A stretch of DNA of 64,000 bases from Eledone cirrhosa. Taxonomy: Eukaryota. The first letter of the stretch is position 1, and each line of letters opens with the position of its first letter. The notes under the pieces are model-generated. The model saw only the letters and a program-made list of their open reading frames with translations. It was not told the origin of the DNA and made no database searches. Shown here piece after piece: positions 23,546-37,409 of this stretch. Location: assembly GCA_964016885.1 (NCBI GenBank), contig OZ024744.1, positions 72,850,001-72,914,000 of the forward strand, in the 5' to 3' direction. The translations under genes were made by a program, and so were the position numbers.

Positions 23546-24364
23546 ATAAAGACACATGCAGGCACACATGCATGCATGTGTGTGTGTGGGGGGGAGGGGG
23601 CAATTTTATAAGTATAAAAAACTATTTGCTGAAGAATAGTACTATTGTATATATTCTATTCTAAGGCGGGTAAAATTCCCAAGATCCATGGACGAGTTCT
23701 CTCCAGCGGGCTCTGTCCCTCATTATCGCTGCCATACATTAACTGACACTTCTTCTACATAAGTTGTTTTAATTTTACCGATATTAATGGGACTATGTAT
23801 GAGTATATGTTTTGTAAGGTGTATCAGTTGCAATGTTGGAATGTGAATGGTGGCAGGTGTGTAACTATACACACCAAATTGTCATTGTATTAATCTGGTA
23901 CAATACAGAAATACTTCCTTCTCCTCCCCTGCTAGATAATTATTAGACACTGACTAATAGCGATAGACTAATTTTATCACCTTAGTATTTCAGCTTTATG
24001 GATACAGGACCCTCTCTCCCTATACTTCACTTTAAAGGGAAATACAATGTGTTGTTTGTATATGTGCATCTTTCTTCTTTCTTTTTTTTATTTTTTTCAG
24101 TTTATTGAGTAATTTTATCTTTTTACTGTTACCTTTTAACCCTTTCAATACTAACCTGCTTGAAACTGCTTCTGGTTCTGTCAAAAAAATTCTTATTTTA
24201 TATCGTTCAGTATTAAGAAACTCTTAGAAAAGCTATATAACAGAAGGTCTTCAGAGAAGACACCCCCATCTCACCTTTCATGCAAGTGTTTCAGCTCTTA
24301 TCTCATTAAACTCTAAGGGAGCTGGGCCACATCCAGGTCATGGCTCCTTTTACATTGTTCACAT

Positions 24365-24545
24365 TTAACCCTTTAGAATTTAGACTGGCCGTATCTGGCC
24401 AGGATTCTCTCGCCCCTTTCTATTCAAACCAGCCATAACTGGCTGCTCATACTTGTGTTAAGGTATTGTTTTCAAAATAAATAATATCAAAATCTTGTAG
24501 CTTCGATATTATGAGAGATAATTATGTGAGGTAAAGCCTTTACCG
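24365..24545 (+). mobile_element. piggyBac-type MITE, 3' truncated
   Basis: TTAACCCTTTAGAATTTA followed by the conserved body. Confidence 0.75.
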
Positions 24546-25479
24546 AGTCACTAAATCCCTTCAAATTATTGAATTTTAAAATGAATTGAATCAGTTTATA
24601 TTACTTGAAATATGGTAACGGTTAATACTTCTTTTCATTGTTCTGTTGTAGTTAGTTCTTGCTAACCAGACCTATGATCAAATATCTTCCAACCCTGACT
24701 ACCCTTTACCATTTTCTCAGATATAGTGTATTTAGGTCTACATTACCCAATGCACCCTTCCTTTAAAGACATATATGATATGATATGATATGATTTGAGA
24801 GAGACTTTACTGCTATTTTGCGTAAGGCATGTGATCATATAAAGACTTCATTCATGGTTCATCATCATTCTGTTTGTATGGCATCAATGATTTTCTTGAT
24901 GGAAGAATACAATGACTTTCTCTGTAATGATTTCTTCACTCCTTGAATAGACTGATGTGAACCTGGCAACTTCATCATCATCATCATCATCATCTTCGTT
25001 TAACGTTCAACTTCCACGCTTGCATGGGTTTGGATGGGAGTTTTCCCACTTGAGGCAAGATTGGTTATCTTGCTCGTATAGGACTGCCTGGCGGGTTTTC
25101 TACGGCTGGATGCCCTTCCTAACACCAGTCACGTTTACAGTGAGGACTGGGAGGTTTTTACCGTGTTACCTACATGGTCACATTACAGCGTGGACTGTGT
25201 GTTTTTTTTTTGTCGTGACACCTACACGACCTCATTTATTTCGGACTGGATGTTGTGGTATCGACATAACTTTACATCGAAAGGGGTGGTTGGACGGGGG
25301 TGTATTTTCATAATCATTACTTTCATTGTTGTTTTATGTATACTTTTGAATAACTGGAAAGGTTAGTGATGGGGTGGGGGCATTCCTTTCATTCAGGACA
25401 TCACCACCTTTTTTGCATCTTCATCTCCTTTGTGAGTCACAGAATTGTGAAATCTGGCCAAATCTTTCAGTCCTTGACA

Positions 25480-26970
25480 ACATAAAGAATGCAGACAAAA
25501 TTCTGCTGATAAGTCGTTTGAATTAGAAAACATTCACCACTGGAAGCTTAAGAAAATATCTTTGGACTGTAATCCTCAGTCAGCATCATATTCAAACTAT
25601 CTATAGATATGTGGTACCTGTAAAATTACAGGTATGGGGATATAAGCCAGACAGTATCACTAAGATGACTAGGTGAGAGTCAGCAATGAGTTTCAGCAGG
25701 GAATTGAATGTACAAGTTCATCAAGTTTTGTTTCTTAGTCTCCTCCAGTTTAATATAATGCTCCAGGCAATAACAGAAGAGTTTACTAAATGGTTATGGT
25801 GACTTCTGTATACTGATAACCTATTTCTCCATGTTGATTTGTTGATGATTTAGAGAAGAATTTCCAAACATTGAAGCAATGCTTACAATTGAAAACCCCC
25901 AAAATAAAACTAGCAAAGACAAGAGTTTTAGTTAGTAGGAAGACTACTGCCATCTAGGCAGTGGCAATATTTTATATATAGCCAAGAAGTAGGTAAGAAT
26001 TCCATACAGGTGACGTAAACTATGGGAACACATGGTGTAGTGGTATCAGAGGTAGGGTGACAGAAAATGAAGAATTTATATGAGAGCATATGCACAGTTA
26101 GAGCACCAGTGAATAAATTTGTTCAAATGTTTCAAAGACTCTCTCATAGGTCACCTAATTTCTAGTGAAAAAGTGATAAAGGGGAAAGCATGGAAACCTG
26201 GTTAAAAACTAGACAGAATATTTCAAGGGGCTGTTACATCTTCTAGCAAGGAATTTATTTCCTCTCCAAATGATGGGTAGATTATCTGATGTTTGTGTAG
26301 AAAGTATAATAGTGCATGGTTGTGAAACATAACTATTGAATCATCACTGTTTTATGTCCATTTTTCCTCCTTATCATGGGTTAGATGAGTTATCCTATTG
26401 TGAGCAATGCCAGGTCAGGTGGCCATGTCTTGCTCAAACAGAACCAATTCTGCAGTGGTTTCTACAGCTGGATGCTCTTTCTAGTGCCAACCTCATTTAC
26501 AGTGAGTACTGGGTGCTTTTTGTTGTGATGCCTACATGACCACTTTACAGTGGGGACTGGGTGCTGTTTGTCGTGACTCCTACATGACCACTTTACAGTG
26601 TGGACTGTGTGCTTTTTGTTGTGACTCCTTCACAACCACTTTACAGTGTGGGCTAGAGACCTCACTGGATAAATAAAGAAGATATATAAAAGCTGGAAAG
26701 AAATGAGATCTAGATGTGTATTGTTAGCATGCACGAATGGAAGAGCACAAATGACCTGATAAAAAATCTGGATATGCAAGAAATGTGCAAGAGAGAATAC
26801 TGCACTCATATAGACATGTGGTGTGTATGGAGATGGCAGATGGGTTAAAAATGGTTTAGAGATCCAAGTAAAAAGAATCTGGAGATATGATGAGTGTTGA
26901 AGACACATCCAACCCATGCAACATAAAAAAATGATTTTAAAACAGATGTAATCATGATGATGATGATGTA
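25480..26970 (+). mobile_element. Old, heavily decayed RTE ORF2/3' remnant interrupted by an inverted UTR module (26340-26660)
   Basis: [17 protein letters not shown] and GRLSDVCVESIIVHGCET; tail ACCCATGCAAC..(GAT)n near 26910-26968. Confidence 0.7.
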
Positions 26971-27055
26971 AATGTGTATATAAATATATATATACATATG
27001 TATGTGTATATATATACATGAATCATCAGAGTATGTAATGAAGGTGACCTTTGTT

Positions 27056-27107
27056 ATCTACTCCGATGATTCCGGCCTTGTGCTAGGATGAAACGATCGT
27101 AAGAGAT
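27056..27107 (+). ncRNA. Minimal Penelope-type hammerhead ribozyme motif (U4C variant)
   Basis: AUCU-A-CU CCGAUGA [stem II UCC-GGC/GCU-A-GGA] GAA ACGAUCGU A AG-AGAU. Palindromic stem III, GUA triplet, stem I of 6 bp with a bulge. Confidence 0.65.
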
Positions 27108-27228
27108 TAAATGTTTTAAGCACTCTTTGATTGTTATTTACAAAGTATTTCGGCTCTGTAGTATACTTGTTATTTTACATTGAGCTATTCTCATACTTCT
27201 AACTGGATAATATTTAATATTACCCACA

Positions 27229-27260
<32 letters not shown>

Positions 27261-27379
27261 ACGTCCGCTTTTCCCTGCTTGCAAGGGTGGGACACTATAA
27301 ATATATATATATATTTATATATAAATACAATTATATATATATATACATGCACATATATAGTATATGTATATATATATAT

Positions 27380-27419
<40 letters not shown>

Positions 27420-28469
27420 TATAATCACTACCTTTATATAATAGTTTTTATTTTTCCATACCAATAGGGTTGGTTCATTCTTCATTGTTAGGAAGGCCAA
27501 TATTCTCAAATGTTTCACATGTTCTTACTACTCTTGTTGTGGGTCATCTCACACACAGATATCTCCTGACCTCCTCCAGAACATGTTTCTATTCAGCGTA
27601 CATAATCCATTAACATGAAATGCCTTTTCTATACACACCTGCCATTATTTTGGATTGCCATACTCGTTTTGAAGTTTCCTGTAATTAGCTTCTTAAATCT
27701 TGTGTGTGTGAGTGTGAATGCATGTATAAAAACTTCACATTGGAGATGTGGACTCTGTAAGCCCCAGCACAGGCAACCTTTCTCGGAATGCATACATGCA
27801 TGCCCTCATATGCTGCAAATAGTGTGTTGAACCAGTGCTTATCCCGGTTTCATGGTGTGAAACGACTGAGAGTACAAGCCAGTATTATATTGCTTATATT
27901 GAACATATCTACTATATAATAAAATATATAGCATATTTACTATACAAATGAACATATCTGCTACCAAATATATCTGATTTAGATTCTGGTAGCTGTCAAC
28001 TAAGGCAACTATGCTTCTGATTCTCTACACCCAATTGATGCACTGTCAACATATTTTAAACAGTTTGCCTCAACAAGATCTATGCTATGTAATCCAATTA
28101 AATAATTATCTTCAAATATAAATCAAATTTTCTTGATACATTTGAGGTATTTGTTTTCACATTTTTTTTCATTTTTTATGACACAGTTGCTACAAAAATT
28201 TTAATTAAATTTTTGAGGATTAACCATATATAAAAAATAAAAAAAAACTGCCAAAGTTTTCCAAATAATTTTTTTAAATAATCAAAAATTTCAAGGAATT
28301 TAGTAATATAACTAAATCTCTTTTTATTTATCTGGTGCTTTGGAATATAACTTTACAGAGGTTCTTCCATAACATTGTGATGGAAAGTGTTAGATAAATA
28401 TGTGCACTTTAAAATAAACAGTTTTGTGTTGTATAACTAGGGACTATTTCAGGTGGTTTAGTATCAAAA

Positions 28470-28686
28470 GGCATTAAACCAGTTATATCTGGTCAGAATT
28501 CTTTCACTTCTTTCTGTTCAAACCGTAACTGGCCATGCATACTGATGTTAAGGTATTGTCCTCAAAATAAATAATGTCATTAAAATCTTATACATTCGAT
28601 ATTTTGTGAGATAATTATGTGAGGTAAAGCCTTTACCATGAAAATACAATAATAAATATAGAGTAATGTAAATGCTAAAGTGTTAA
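28470..28686 (+). mobile_element. piggyBac-type MITE
   Basis: Conserved body, ends TAAATGCTAAAGTG-TTAA. Confidence 0.75.
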
Positions 28687-28899
28687 TCTAGAATTACTAA
28701 AAGAATATATTTTTGTGTCAGAGGCTAATGGAATAATTGTTACTGATGAGACAAGTAAAATTTGTCAACAGTAACAATGCACAATAACACTTATCAAAAG
28801 ATTAGCTCTTATAAAATGTTGTTACTGTGATTTCTGATGTTCAGATCCATTTGAGTGAGCCTATGATTAAAGGCCTTCTAAGCATGACCTTCTAGACAA

Positions 28900-29265
28900 A
28901 GGTAGCGAATGGGTAAGGTCATTAGAATGTTGGATAGAATGCTTTGTGGTATTTGTTCCAGCTCTGCTTTTTCAGTTCTAATCCCGCTGAGTTCAACTTT
29001 GCCTTTCACCCTTTCAAGGTTAATAAAAAAAGTACCAGTCTAGTACTGGGATCGATTCTTATTCTATATCTCTATCTTATTTCCTCTCTCTCCCCCACTT
29101 TCTATCCCCTGGAAGAAATCTGCTGTGTATGTTCAGGCCTAGAGAGGGGATGGGCTCTGCCAGACTTAAAATGCCCAAGAAATATTGTATGCCATTACAG
29201 TTGCAGCGGAATGATTCCATCAGGAGTCACAGTACAATACTATACAAGACATAACCATCCTGTCA
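28900..29265 (+). mobile_element. SINE-A head with alternative tail
   Basis: Homologous to 5838-6200 and 47285-47580. Confidence 0.75.
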
Positions 29266-32200
29266 TTATTTCAGGCTCTGTGTATCTAGGTTTTGAAGAG
29301 AGTGCGGATGGAACATTTGCTCACTATTGAAAAGAGACAACTTATGCTCCTAGGACATGCCATCAGGAAAGTTATGCAGGACGATCTTTCCATTAGTAGA
29401 AAAATTCCTGGGAAGCATGCCAGAGGTCTTGGACAATTTCAACATCAAAGGCGCAGAAGTATGGGATCTCACCCGAGATTGAATAGCATGGAACATCATG
29501 GTTCATCAAACACTGATACAGTGATGGCACAAGAAGAAGTATCTAGGAACACAATAGCCAATATATGTAAACGTGATATATGTATCATGTTTTTGATATA
29601 GTAGAATGTGATAAGAATATTTCCCTTCTATTTCTTACAAACTGAACGATGACACAGACATTAGTTTAAACTGAATTCCATTCTATAGTTGCAACATAGT
29701 TGTAATTATGGTAGTTACTTAGCTCTAATCAATCATTTCTCCTCATCACATTACATATGTTCTGTCCAACACCCCAAGCCTCACACTAACTACTATGCCC
29801 CATATTCTCTGTCCAGACCTCCCAACATGTTCATGTTATACAACATTATTTTGGTATGCATCTTGTTTTTGTATATCATACAAAGTGGATTGGTATCAAA
29901 AGTGTTAACCCATTTGTAATCAAAGAACTCATATTTGGTCCTATACAATCAACTTACTGATCTATAATTATTGGGAATATTTGTATAAACACTACCATAT
30001 GTGTGTGTGTCTGTGAAATATATACATATACACCTGGTCCACACACAAAAGAACTAAACTCCCACTGTCACTGACTCTTCTGCTCTTCCCATCTCTCACA
30101 ACTGTGAGCAAATGGGACTCCAAGCACTGGCTGCCACATGGCTCCAGTGGACAGAATGGAGAAGGCATTTTCCCCGGAGGATGGTGAGAGAGACATGCTG
30201 GAAGAGCCATTCCAGCTTGTGAGGCTACTTGTTATACCAATCTTCCTAAAAACACATCTGGTACTAGGAAAAGAAATATCTTATTTGAAAGTTTTCATAT
30301 CTAAATTAGAACTTGCCATTATAAGATTTTATATATCCAAATTACAGTTTAAATAACAACAAAATAAGAAGCAAATTATTTTATTTATTGCCTTAAATTT
30401 GTTTTTCTTTATTTCCTTCAAAATTGAACATAAGCAGCATATTTCTTTAGAAATTTGATCACAAAGTGGTTTAAATGATTGTTGTAATTGTCAGACAAAT
30501 ATAACATTAGCTGAAAGTAGGATATGTTTCTATGTTCATTATTGGTCATTAGTAAAAGGAATCCTTTTAATTCTGCTGCACTGCTTTCTTTGTTAACTCA
30601 CTCATCAAAGCACAGCCATCTGTAACTGACATTTCTAAAATTTTCCTACTAATAGATACTCTTCAAAAATACCTACTAATCAATAATTGTTTCTCTAAAA
30701 TTATTCGATTTGTATTGCATTTAAAAAAATTTTTTTAATGTTTATTGTGCTGTTTCGTTTGCTGTATTTTACATTGTATAAACATCATTTCTTCTCCACC
30801 AATGAATGTATAGAAATTAGTATGTAATTATTGAATTTAAGATGGATTTAAACTCCAATGCAGTAATATCTGTAGTATTCAATTATTCAGAACTGTTTAT
30901 AAATTATGACCTTTCAGTTACAGGTTAAAAAAAAAAAAGATAAATATTTTCTTTAGAAATATCTCAACAACATTATTGTAGGAAATATAACTATTAAACT
31001 AAATAGTGATCATCTGGCAATGGTTGTTTCTGATAGGACCTTCTAGAAGGCATGTGCAGTTTAATTACCAAAACCAGTAAAAAAAAATGAAAGAATACAA
31101 TGGAGGTTTTCAGGTTGTACAATTGTTGAGAAGTGGTGAATACCAACCAGTCTGAAATTCCATTTTGATTTTGTTATAAAACTGCCTGTTTCAAAATGAT
31201 CATACTAATATTAAAACCTCTCATAATAATTTTATTTACAAACTTTTTGTTAAATAATTTTCCAAACTTCAGATAACTAATGTAAAAATGAATTGGTTAA
31301 TTACTGGCACACTTAGATATTTCTTCAGAACATATTTGCAAGTTATTGAGAGATCACAGCTCAGATACTATGGGCTTGTGGTTAGAATGTCTCAGGAAAG
31401 AATCACTGGACAGATTTTATAGACAAAAACCAACTGGCAAGAAGCCCAGGAGTTGACCCCCAAGCAAGATGGTTAGATAAATAAGAGCTTGACTGGTCAC
31501 GCTTGGGGATCCAGCTGAATCAGATGGAGACAGTTGCTTCTAACAGGACCTGCTGAAAGGAGTGTTTGAGAACTCTGCCCACATGACCCTCTCAGGAATA
31601 AGTGAGTGAAGAATGAGAATCTCATAGCTAAGTTTAGGTATCTCTGAATTTTCATTCTCACAGTAGCCAGTTGGTCAGAAGAAAGGGGCAAAGTAAACAA
31701 ATTAATTTACTTTCAACTGTTCAATGGTTACTGACTTTGATGTCACATTTCAGTTTGTTTGTAAAACAAGCTGATGAGATCATACTTTTGGCTGCATAGA
31801 GTTTCTTATACTAGTAATGATAAATATTGTGGATCCAAACTTTATGATACTTCTCTTTTTAATCCTTATTTTACTAAGATGTATTTTGATGCATACCTCA
31901 GAAATAGCAATACATACAACACATTTTAATTGAGACAGTATCTCAACTTGTAAAATTATCTGGGTGCAAGTATGCCTATGTAGTTAAAGAATTTGAATTG
32001 CAACTATGGGGTTTTGGGTTCAATTAAACTGCATTGTACCTTAGGCAAGTGTATTATGTCAATCATCATGACTATACAGAAAATGGTTAAAGAATTTATG
32101 TATATATGTATCTATGTGTGTGTATGTCTGTTTGTCTGTGCTTACATTCACTGCTTGTTTATGTCCTATACCTTTACATTTTAACAAATAGAATTTGATA

Positions 32201-32371
32201 AATTGAATACCAAACTTTAGAATATGTACTGAGGTTGATATAGGTAACTAAGTTTCTTGAAGGCAGTGCTCATTATAATTTCATGTCCATTTTCTGTAAT
32301 GGCATGGATTTTACGTATACATGTGTGTGTTTGTGTACGGATGTGTGTGTGTATATATATATATATATATT

Positions 32372-32600
32372 TAGTGAAGGTGCGTGGCTGACTGGTAAGA
32401 GGATTGGATCCGCAATTGTGAGGCTGAAAGTTCGATTCCTGGACTGAGTGATGGGTTATGTCCTTGAGCAAGACACTTTATTTCCCATTGCTCCTTGTAC
32501 CTGCAGTTGCAACCAATAGAGAGAGTTTTAGCAATCGGAAAGACCAATGGAAACATTGTTTCCTCGGTCCGATTTGATGAAAGTTGTTCGACTGTCTATA
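32372..32600 (+). mobile_element. tRNA-derived SINE with CORE-like domain
   Basis: TGGCTGACTGG A-box, GTTCGATTCC B-box, GTCCTTGAGCAAGACACTT. Copies at 33652-33875 (+), 46930-47125 (-) and 62935-63068 (-). Confidence 0.85.
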
Positions 32601-32947
32601 TATACAGGGTGTCCAAAAAAAATGTATACACACTTCAACAGCATTCTAATAAATATGTGTATACATTTTGGGGGGAAATATATATATATCATCATCAGCA
32701 GCATCATTGTTTTAACGTCCGCCTTCCCTTCTAGCAAGGGTTGAGTGGGTCTCTACAAAAATCAAGTCAGTATTGAAGTGGGGCTACTGACTTCCCAGAC
32801 AGGTTAGAGGGTCTATTCATCTTACTTACATATTGTCTTATGTTCTACCCTGTGCACAGGAGTGGTTGTCATGTCTTTGACACAAGTGAAGGGTTCTCTG
32901 GACCCTTTGTTTGACAAGCTTTCTACAACTGGATGCCCTTGCTGTCA

Positions 32948-33350
32948 TGGGTAATTTAGCTCAATGGTACAGAGTGCTGAGCTGGAATTTGAAAGATACA
33001 GAGTTCAATTCTTTGTAGCAGTTGCTGGCCACTTTTTCCATTTTTGTTGGTTATTTTACTCAATGTTCTAAGCTATTATTTATAGCAGTATGGGTAGAGC
33101 GATGGATAACATGTTTCAGTGCACAGAGTTTCAGGCCTTTACATTCTGAGTTCAAATTCCGCCGACATTGACTTTGCTTTTCATCCTTATGGGGTCGATA
33201 AAAAAGAGTACAAGTAATGAACTGGGGTTAATTTAATCAACTTTCCCTTCCCCAAAAATTGTTGGCCTTGTGCCTAAATTAGATATGATTATTTATAGCA
33301 ATCAACTGTGGTTACAGTCATTTGAGATTTCTACATTTTCAAAGAATTTC
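32948..33350 (+). mobile_element. tRNA-headed SINE-like element with a SINE-A insertion (33088-33287, 13-bp TSD)
   Basis: TAGCTCAATGG A-box and GAGTTCAATTC B-box; TSD ATTATTTATAGCA at 33075-33087 and 33288-33300. Second copy at 33428-33625. Confidence 0.7.
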
Positions 33351-33651
33351 AATCTACTCAATGTGCCAGTGGTTTATTTTGAAAATGTATATATCTAAGC
33401 TGATTCTTTAGCTTCCTATTTATGTCAGGGGACATTAAGTTCAATGGTACATAACACACAGCAAGGATTTGAGGGATATAGAATTTGAATCTTCATCATG
33501 GCTTCTAGTCACTTTTTTCATCTATAGCAGTATTTCATCAAATGTTTAAAGATATTATTTATACCAATCAACAGCAGCTACAGTTGTTTTCTTTCTGCAT
33601 TTGAGATTTCTACATTTTCTAAGTAAATATGTATATGTAAATATATATATT

Positions 33652-33875
33652 TAGTGAAGGCACGTGGCTGACTGGTAAGAGAATTGGATTCGCAATCGTG
33701 AGGTTGTAAGTTCGATTCCTGTACCGGATGATGTGCCATGTCCTTGAGCAAGACACTTTATTTCACGTTGCTCCTTCTACCTGCAGTTGCAACCGATAGA
33801 GAGTTTTAGCAATTGGAAAGACCAATGGAAACATTGTTTCCTCGGTCCGATTTGACGAAAGTTGATCAACTCTCT
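33652..33875 (+). mobile_element. tRNA-derived CORE-like SINE
   Basis: Closely matches 32372-32600. Confidence 0.85.
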
Positions 33876-34054
33876 CTGTGTATATATATATCAGAATGGA
33901 GGTGGTAAAAACCAGTTAGACCATTACTCACCAGAGTACTCAATACTTGGAGTAGTAGAGTGGGTAATATTCAGGATGCCAATGGCTGAGCTTCAGCTGT
34001 TTCAACAGCTAGATCCGAACTAGTTTGGATCTAGCTTTTGAAACGACAGGAGCT

Positions 34055-34222
34055 CAGTAGAAGGAAGACGCAGTAGAGGAAGACCACAAAATCATGGGCG
34101 GAGGTGGTGAGAGCAGACCTCACGGAGGAGATGACGAAGGACCATGACAAGTGGAGAGATGCTGTGCTGAATAGGACACATCCCACCCTTGCAAGCAGGG
34201 AAAAGCGGATGTAAAATGATGA

Positions 34223-34226
<4 letters not shown>
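34055..34226 (+). mobile_element. RTE 3' terminal fragment
   Basis: VEGRRSRGRPQKSWAEVVRADL..; tail CCACCCTTGCAAGCAGGGAAAAGCGGATGTAAAATGATGATG. Confidence 0.85.
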
Positions 34227-34262
<36 letters not shown>

Positions 34263-34442
34263 TCTTTCTCTCTTAAAGGTTAATTAGTCTCTAATACTTA
34301 AACATCTCAATGAGAGGAATCTCTCAGAAAAGCTATATTATATATCAAAATTAAATGAAAAAAAACTCTCATTATGGGAGTACAAACAAGATAGACAAAA
34401 AAAAAAAAATCTATTTAAAATGTAACTTTAATATATAATACA

Positions 34443-34800
34443 CTAGCAGAATAGCCCGGCATTGCTCGGGATTTGCTCTAGGGTTCTTATATATATGATA
34501 TATATTTATCCATATCGAGCCTCGTGAAATAAATATGTTCGTTTATATTTTGTTATTGTGTATGCAAAAATATCTGTACACGAATATATAATTATATATA
34601 TATATAAATATAGCAGTACAGAGAAGTACGGAATACCTCGGCCTCGTGATGATGTCTACATTTTGTGCTTATAAAAATAAATTTGTCGTAGATTACCAGG
34701 GTTTTTTTCTGTGCGAAGAAAATCAATACTTTGTTGCGAAATAAATACTTTTGTTTATATTTTGCTATTGTGTATGCAAAATTATCTGTACACGAATATA

Positions 34801-34870
<70 letters not shown>

Positions 34871-36042
34871 AACGAGTAGGACCCCGACGGCTGAGCTCAA
34901 GCCGTTTCGACGGCTTGTTCTGGACTAAATCCCTACTCTAAGTATTGAGTACTTTGGTGCGTTATGGTCCACCTGGTTCCTTACCACATTTCCTTCGTTA
35001 TATATATATATGTATATTAAAATAACAGATTAAAGTTTAAGCAAAGAATCGCTGCTTTCACCCTTAACGGAATCTTCTAAAACTAAAAAAATCAATCTGT
35101 GAACGCATAAGTAAATATTTCGAAAAACGTTACACACTATATATATATATATATATGGTGGCTGCCAACTCGTTTTCGAGTACGGCCACTACTTTATATC
35201 CATGTAGGAGAACCCCTACCGATGCGCTGAACGAGTGTGATTTTTTAGTCCAGCCAGCGACTTGAAAGCTCTGGTACAAACACTACACTTGTGACAATTA
35301 TTGACACATAGTGCTGGGCCCATGGTACCATGTGACGACAAGTGCAGAGAGATCTCCAGATATAAAGCAATGCCTGTGCTGTGAAGCTTTTATAGTGAGC
35401 AAAGGCACTGCACAAAGCCAGTCCCACTCTCTTAACCAAGATGATATTTACCAAAAAGAAGAACAAGTCAACATCATTGGATACCATCAGAGTTGCAGGT
35501 GTTATATCAGAGTTTTCCTTCTCCTAGAATTCTGCCTTGACAAAGGCTAAGGGGTCATCTCTCCCGGTGATTTTGGATGGCCATTGACTCTTAAGAGCTC
35601 CTTTGCCTTTTGACAAGTGTGTGTATGTATATATATATATATATATACATACACACACTATATCATCATCATCATCATCACCGTTTTACGTCCGTTCTTC
35701 CACGCTAGCATGGGTTAGAATATATGTGTGTGTATATATACATATATATACACACACACTGCGTCATAATGTCATAATGCAGACAGCCAGACATACAGAC
35801 AGATATTATAAGGGCGCAACGTTATATCTACGTATCTATCTAAAAAGAGAAAGACTAAGAATTATAGAGAGAGATCGCTAAATCGTCTAATGCGGTCCCT
35901 AGGGCTTTGAAAATTTGAATTTTCTTTGCTCAAAACACTCACAGGACCATAAGTATTACATGTGTAAAGTTTGAAAACAATCAGTTGGGTGGTTCTCAAG
36001 TTTTAGTGAGCGGACAGACATTCTTTGTTTTAGATATATCGA
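34443..36042 (-). mobile_element. Non-autonomous Helitron with nested insertions
   Basis: Minus strand starts A|TCGATATATCTAAAAC (36042) and ends with hairpin CCCGAGCAATGCCGGG then CTAG|T (34443). No TSD. Internal duplication of about 75 bp (34525-34594 / 34737-34806). Pairing of the two ends is inferred. Confidence 0.65.
35157..35618 (-). mobile_element. RTE 5'-UTR-like element nested in the Helitron
   Basis: Reverse complement contains TTAGCCTTTGTCAAGGCAG..TCTAGGAGAAGGAAAACTCTGA, resembling RTE 5'-UTR motifs; flanked by microsatellites. Confidence 0.45.
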
Positions 36043-37409
36043 TATGTATATAAACATTAAACTTGATCTTATAAAGATGACATGGGTCCAAGCTGATTGA
36101 CAATATACCATATTACAGAAGACCCAGCCACCAGTACAAACACAGTAACTCTAAGAATGACGTGGTTCAAAACCTCAGACAAAAGTGTTGTTGACCAAAC
36201 AGAGACACTACAGGGTTTCTGGGGATTCTTCAGTCAAGACAAACATGCAGCAACCTTTCTTGTCATGGTCTTATGACAAAGTTTACCCAGTACACATTGT
36301 AAGGTGGTAGTGTTGTTGCCACGAAAAAATAATGTGCTCATGACATTATTCTCCCAATTGTCACTTACCAATGGCATCACACTGATTACTGTCCTCCTTA
36401 CACCTCAGCTGTTCTACCCCTCATCCCTATCTTCTCATACACCGGCAGAAAACCTACCAATGCAGGACTTGACAACCACCTTAGTGTTGGTGCCATGATA
36501 ATACATAGCGTATTCTGTAAAATGTAGGAGCATATGTGATGTCCTGACCCATGTGAGAGATCAGCGACTCCAATTAAATAGGAACTTGGTCTGTGATGAA
36601 CCATCCAACCTTTGCTAGCTGGCAAAACAGATATAGAAATGATGATGATGATGATGGTGATAAACGAACACACACACACACATATACATACATCGTGTAT
36701 ATGTGTGTGGGGGGTAGATTGTTTTTGTAACTACAATTAAAGCCTCTTTGAAGGTTTGTTATCATTTTTTTGGTTTTAATTATTATTATTATTATTATTA
36801 TTACTATTATTATTATTACTTAGGAGACATCTGTCTGGGGACATATGGAGATATTCATATTTGAATGAACCATGACAAATATATTTTGGCTAGAATATTT
36901 CACCTTTGCAGACATTTTTCTTTCTTTCTTTCTTTCTTCTTCTCTATTAGTCTAGTTGGTATATTTGTATTAAATCATGTCATATGAAGATACATTAGGA
37001 CTCACTTGTATAAACATCTAGTAGTTTAGTTATAAAGTTGTATAACCATCACTGCAAATCAAAATAATCTCCCAGAATGTCATTAGGGAGAAAACAAAAC
37101 AGGAATTAAAAAGAAAAGGTTAAAATAATACCTAAGCATTAGTGGCCTTTTAAGATGTATTAAAGCACACACACACACATATATATATATATTCTTTATT
37201 AAATGCAATTAATAATATTTCCCCTTGTCACCTTTAAAGTATTGACTACTCACTTGAATAACGGTCTTACTAGTCTTTTGACTAGTAACATCTTATCTAT
37301 ATACCTCTCTCTCTCTATATATATATATACATGGTGGTCAGCTGAAAAGTTCTTAAGCTGACCTAAATACACTCATGGAATGACCAAATGACGTTTCTTT
37401 TTGAATTCC

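Noticed and set aside
26497-26655. 48-bp repeat arrays as CRISPR-like arrays (also 41012-41252)
   Set aside because: Head-to-tail degenerate units with no unique spacers, no cas genes, in a eukaryotic LINE UTR context.
28737-28778. CTGATGA-GACAA..TTGTC as a hammerhead
   Set aside because: No GAAA; it is a simple imperfect hairpin.
32948-33025. tRNA gene
   Set aside because: A and B boxes are present, but the acceptor and anticodon stems pair poorly and it continues into a repeated body, so it is a SINE head.
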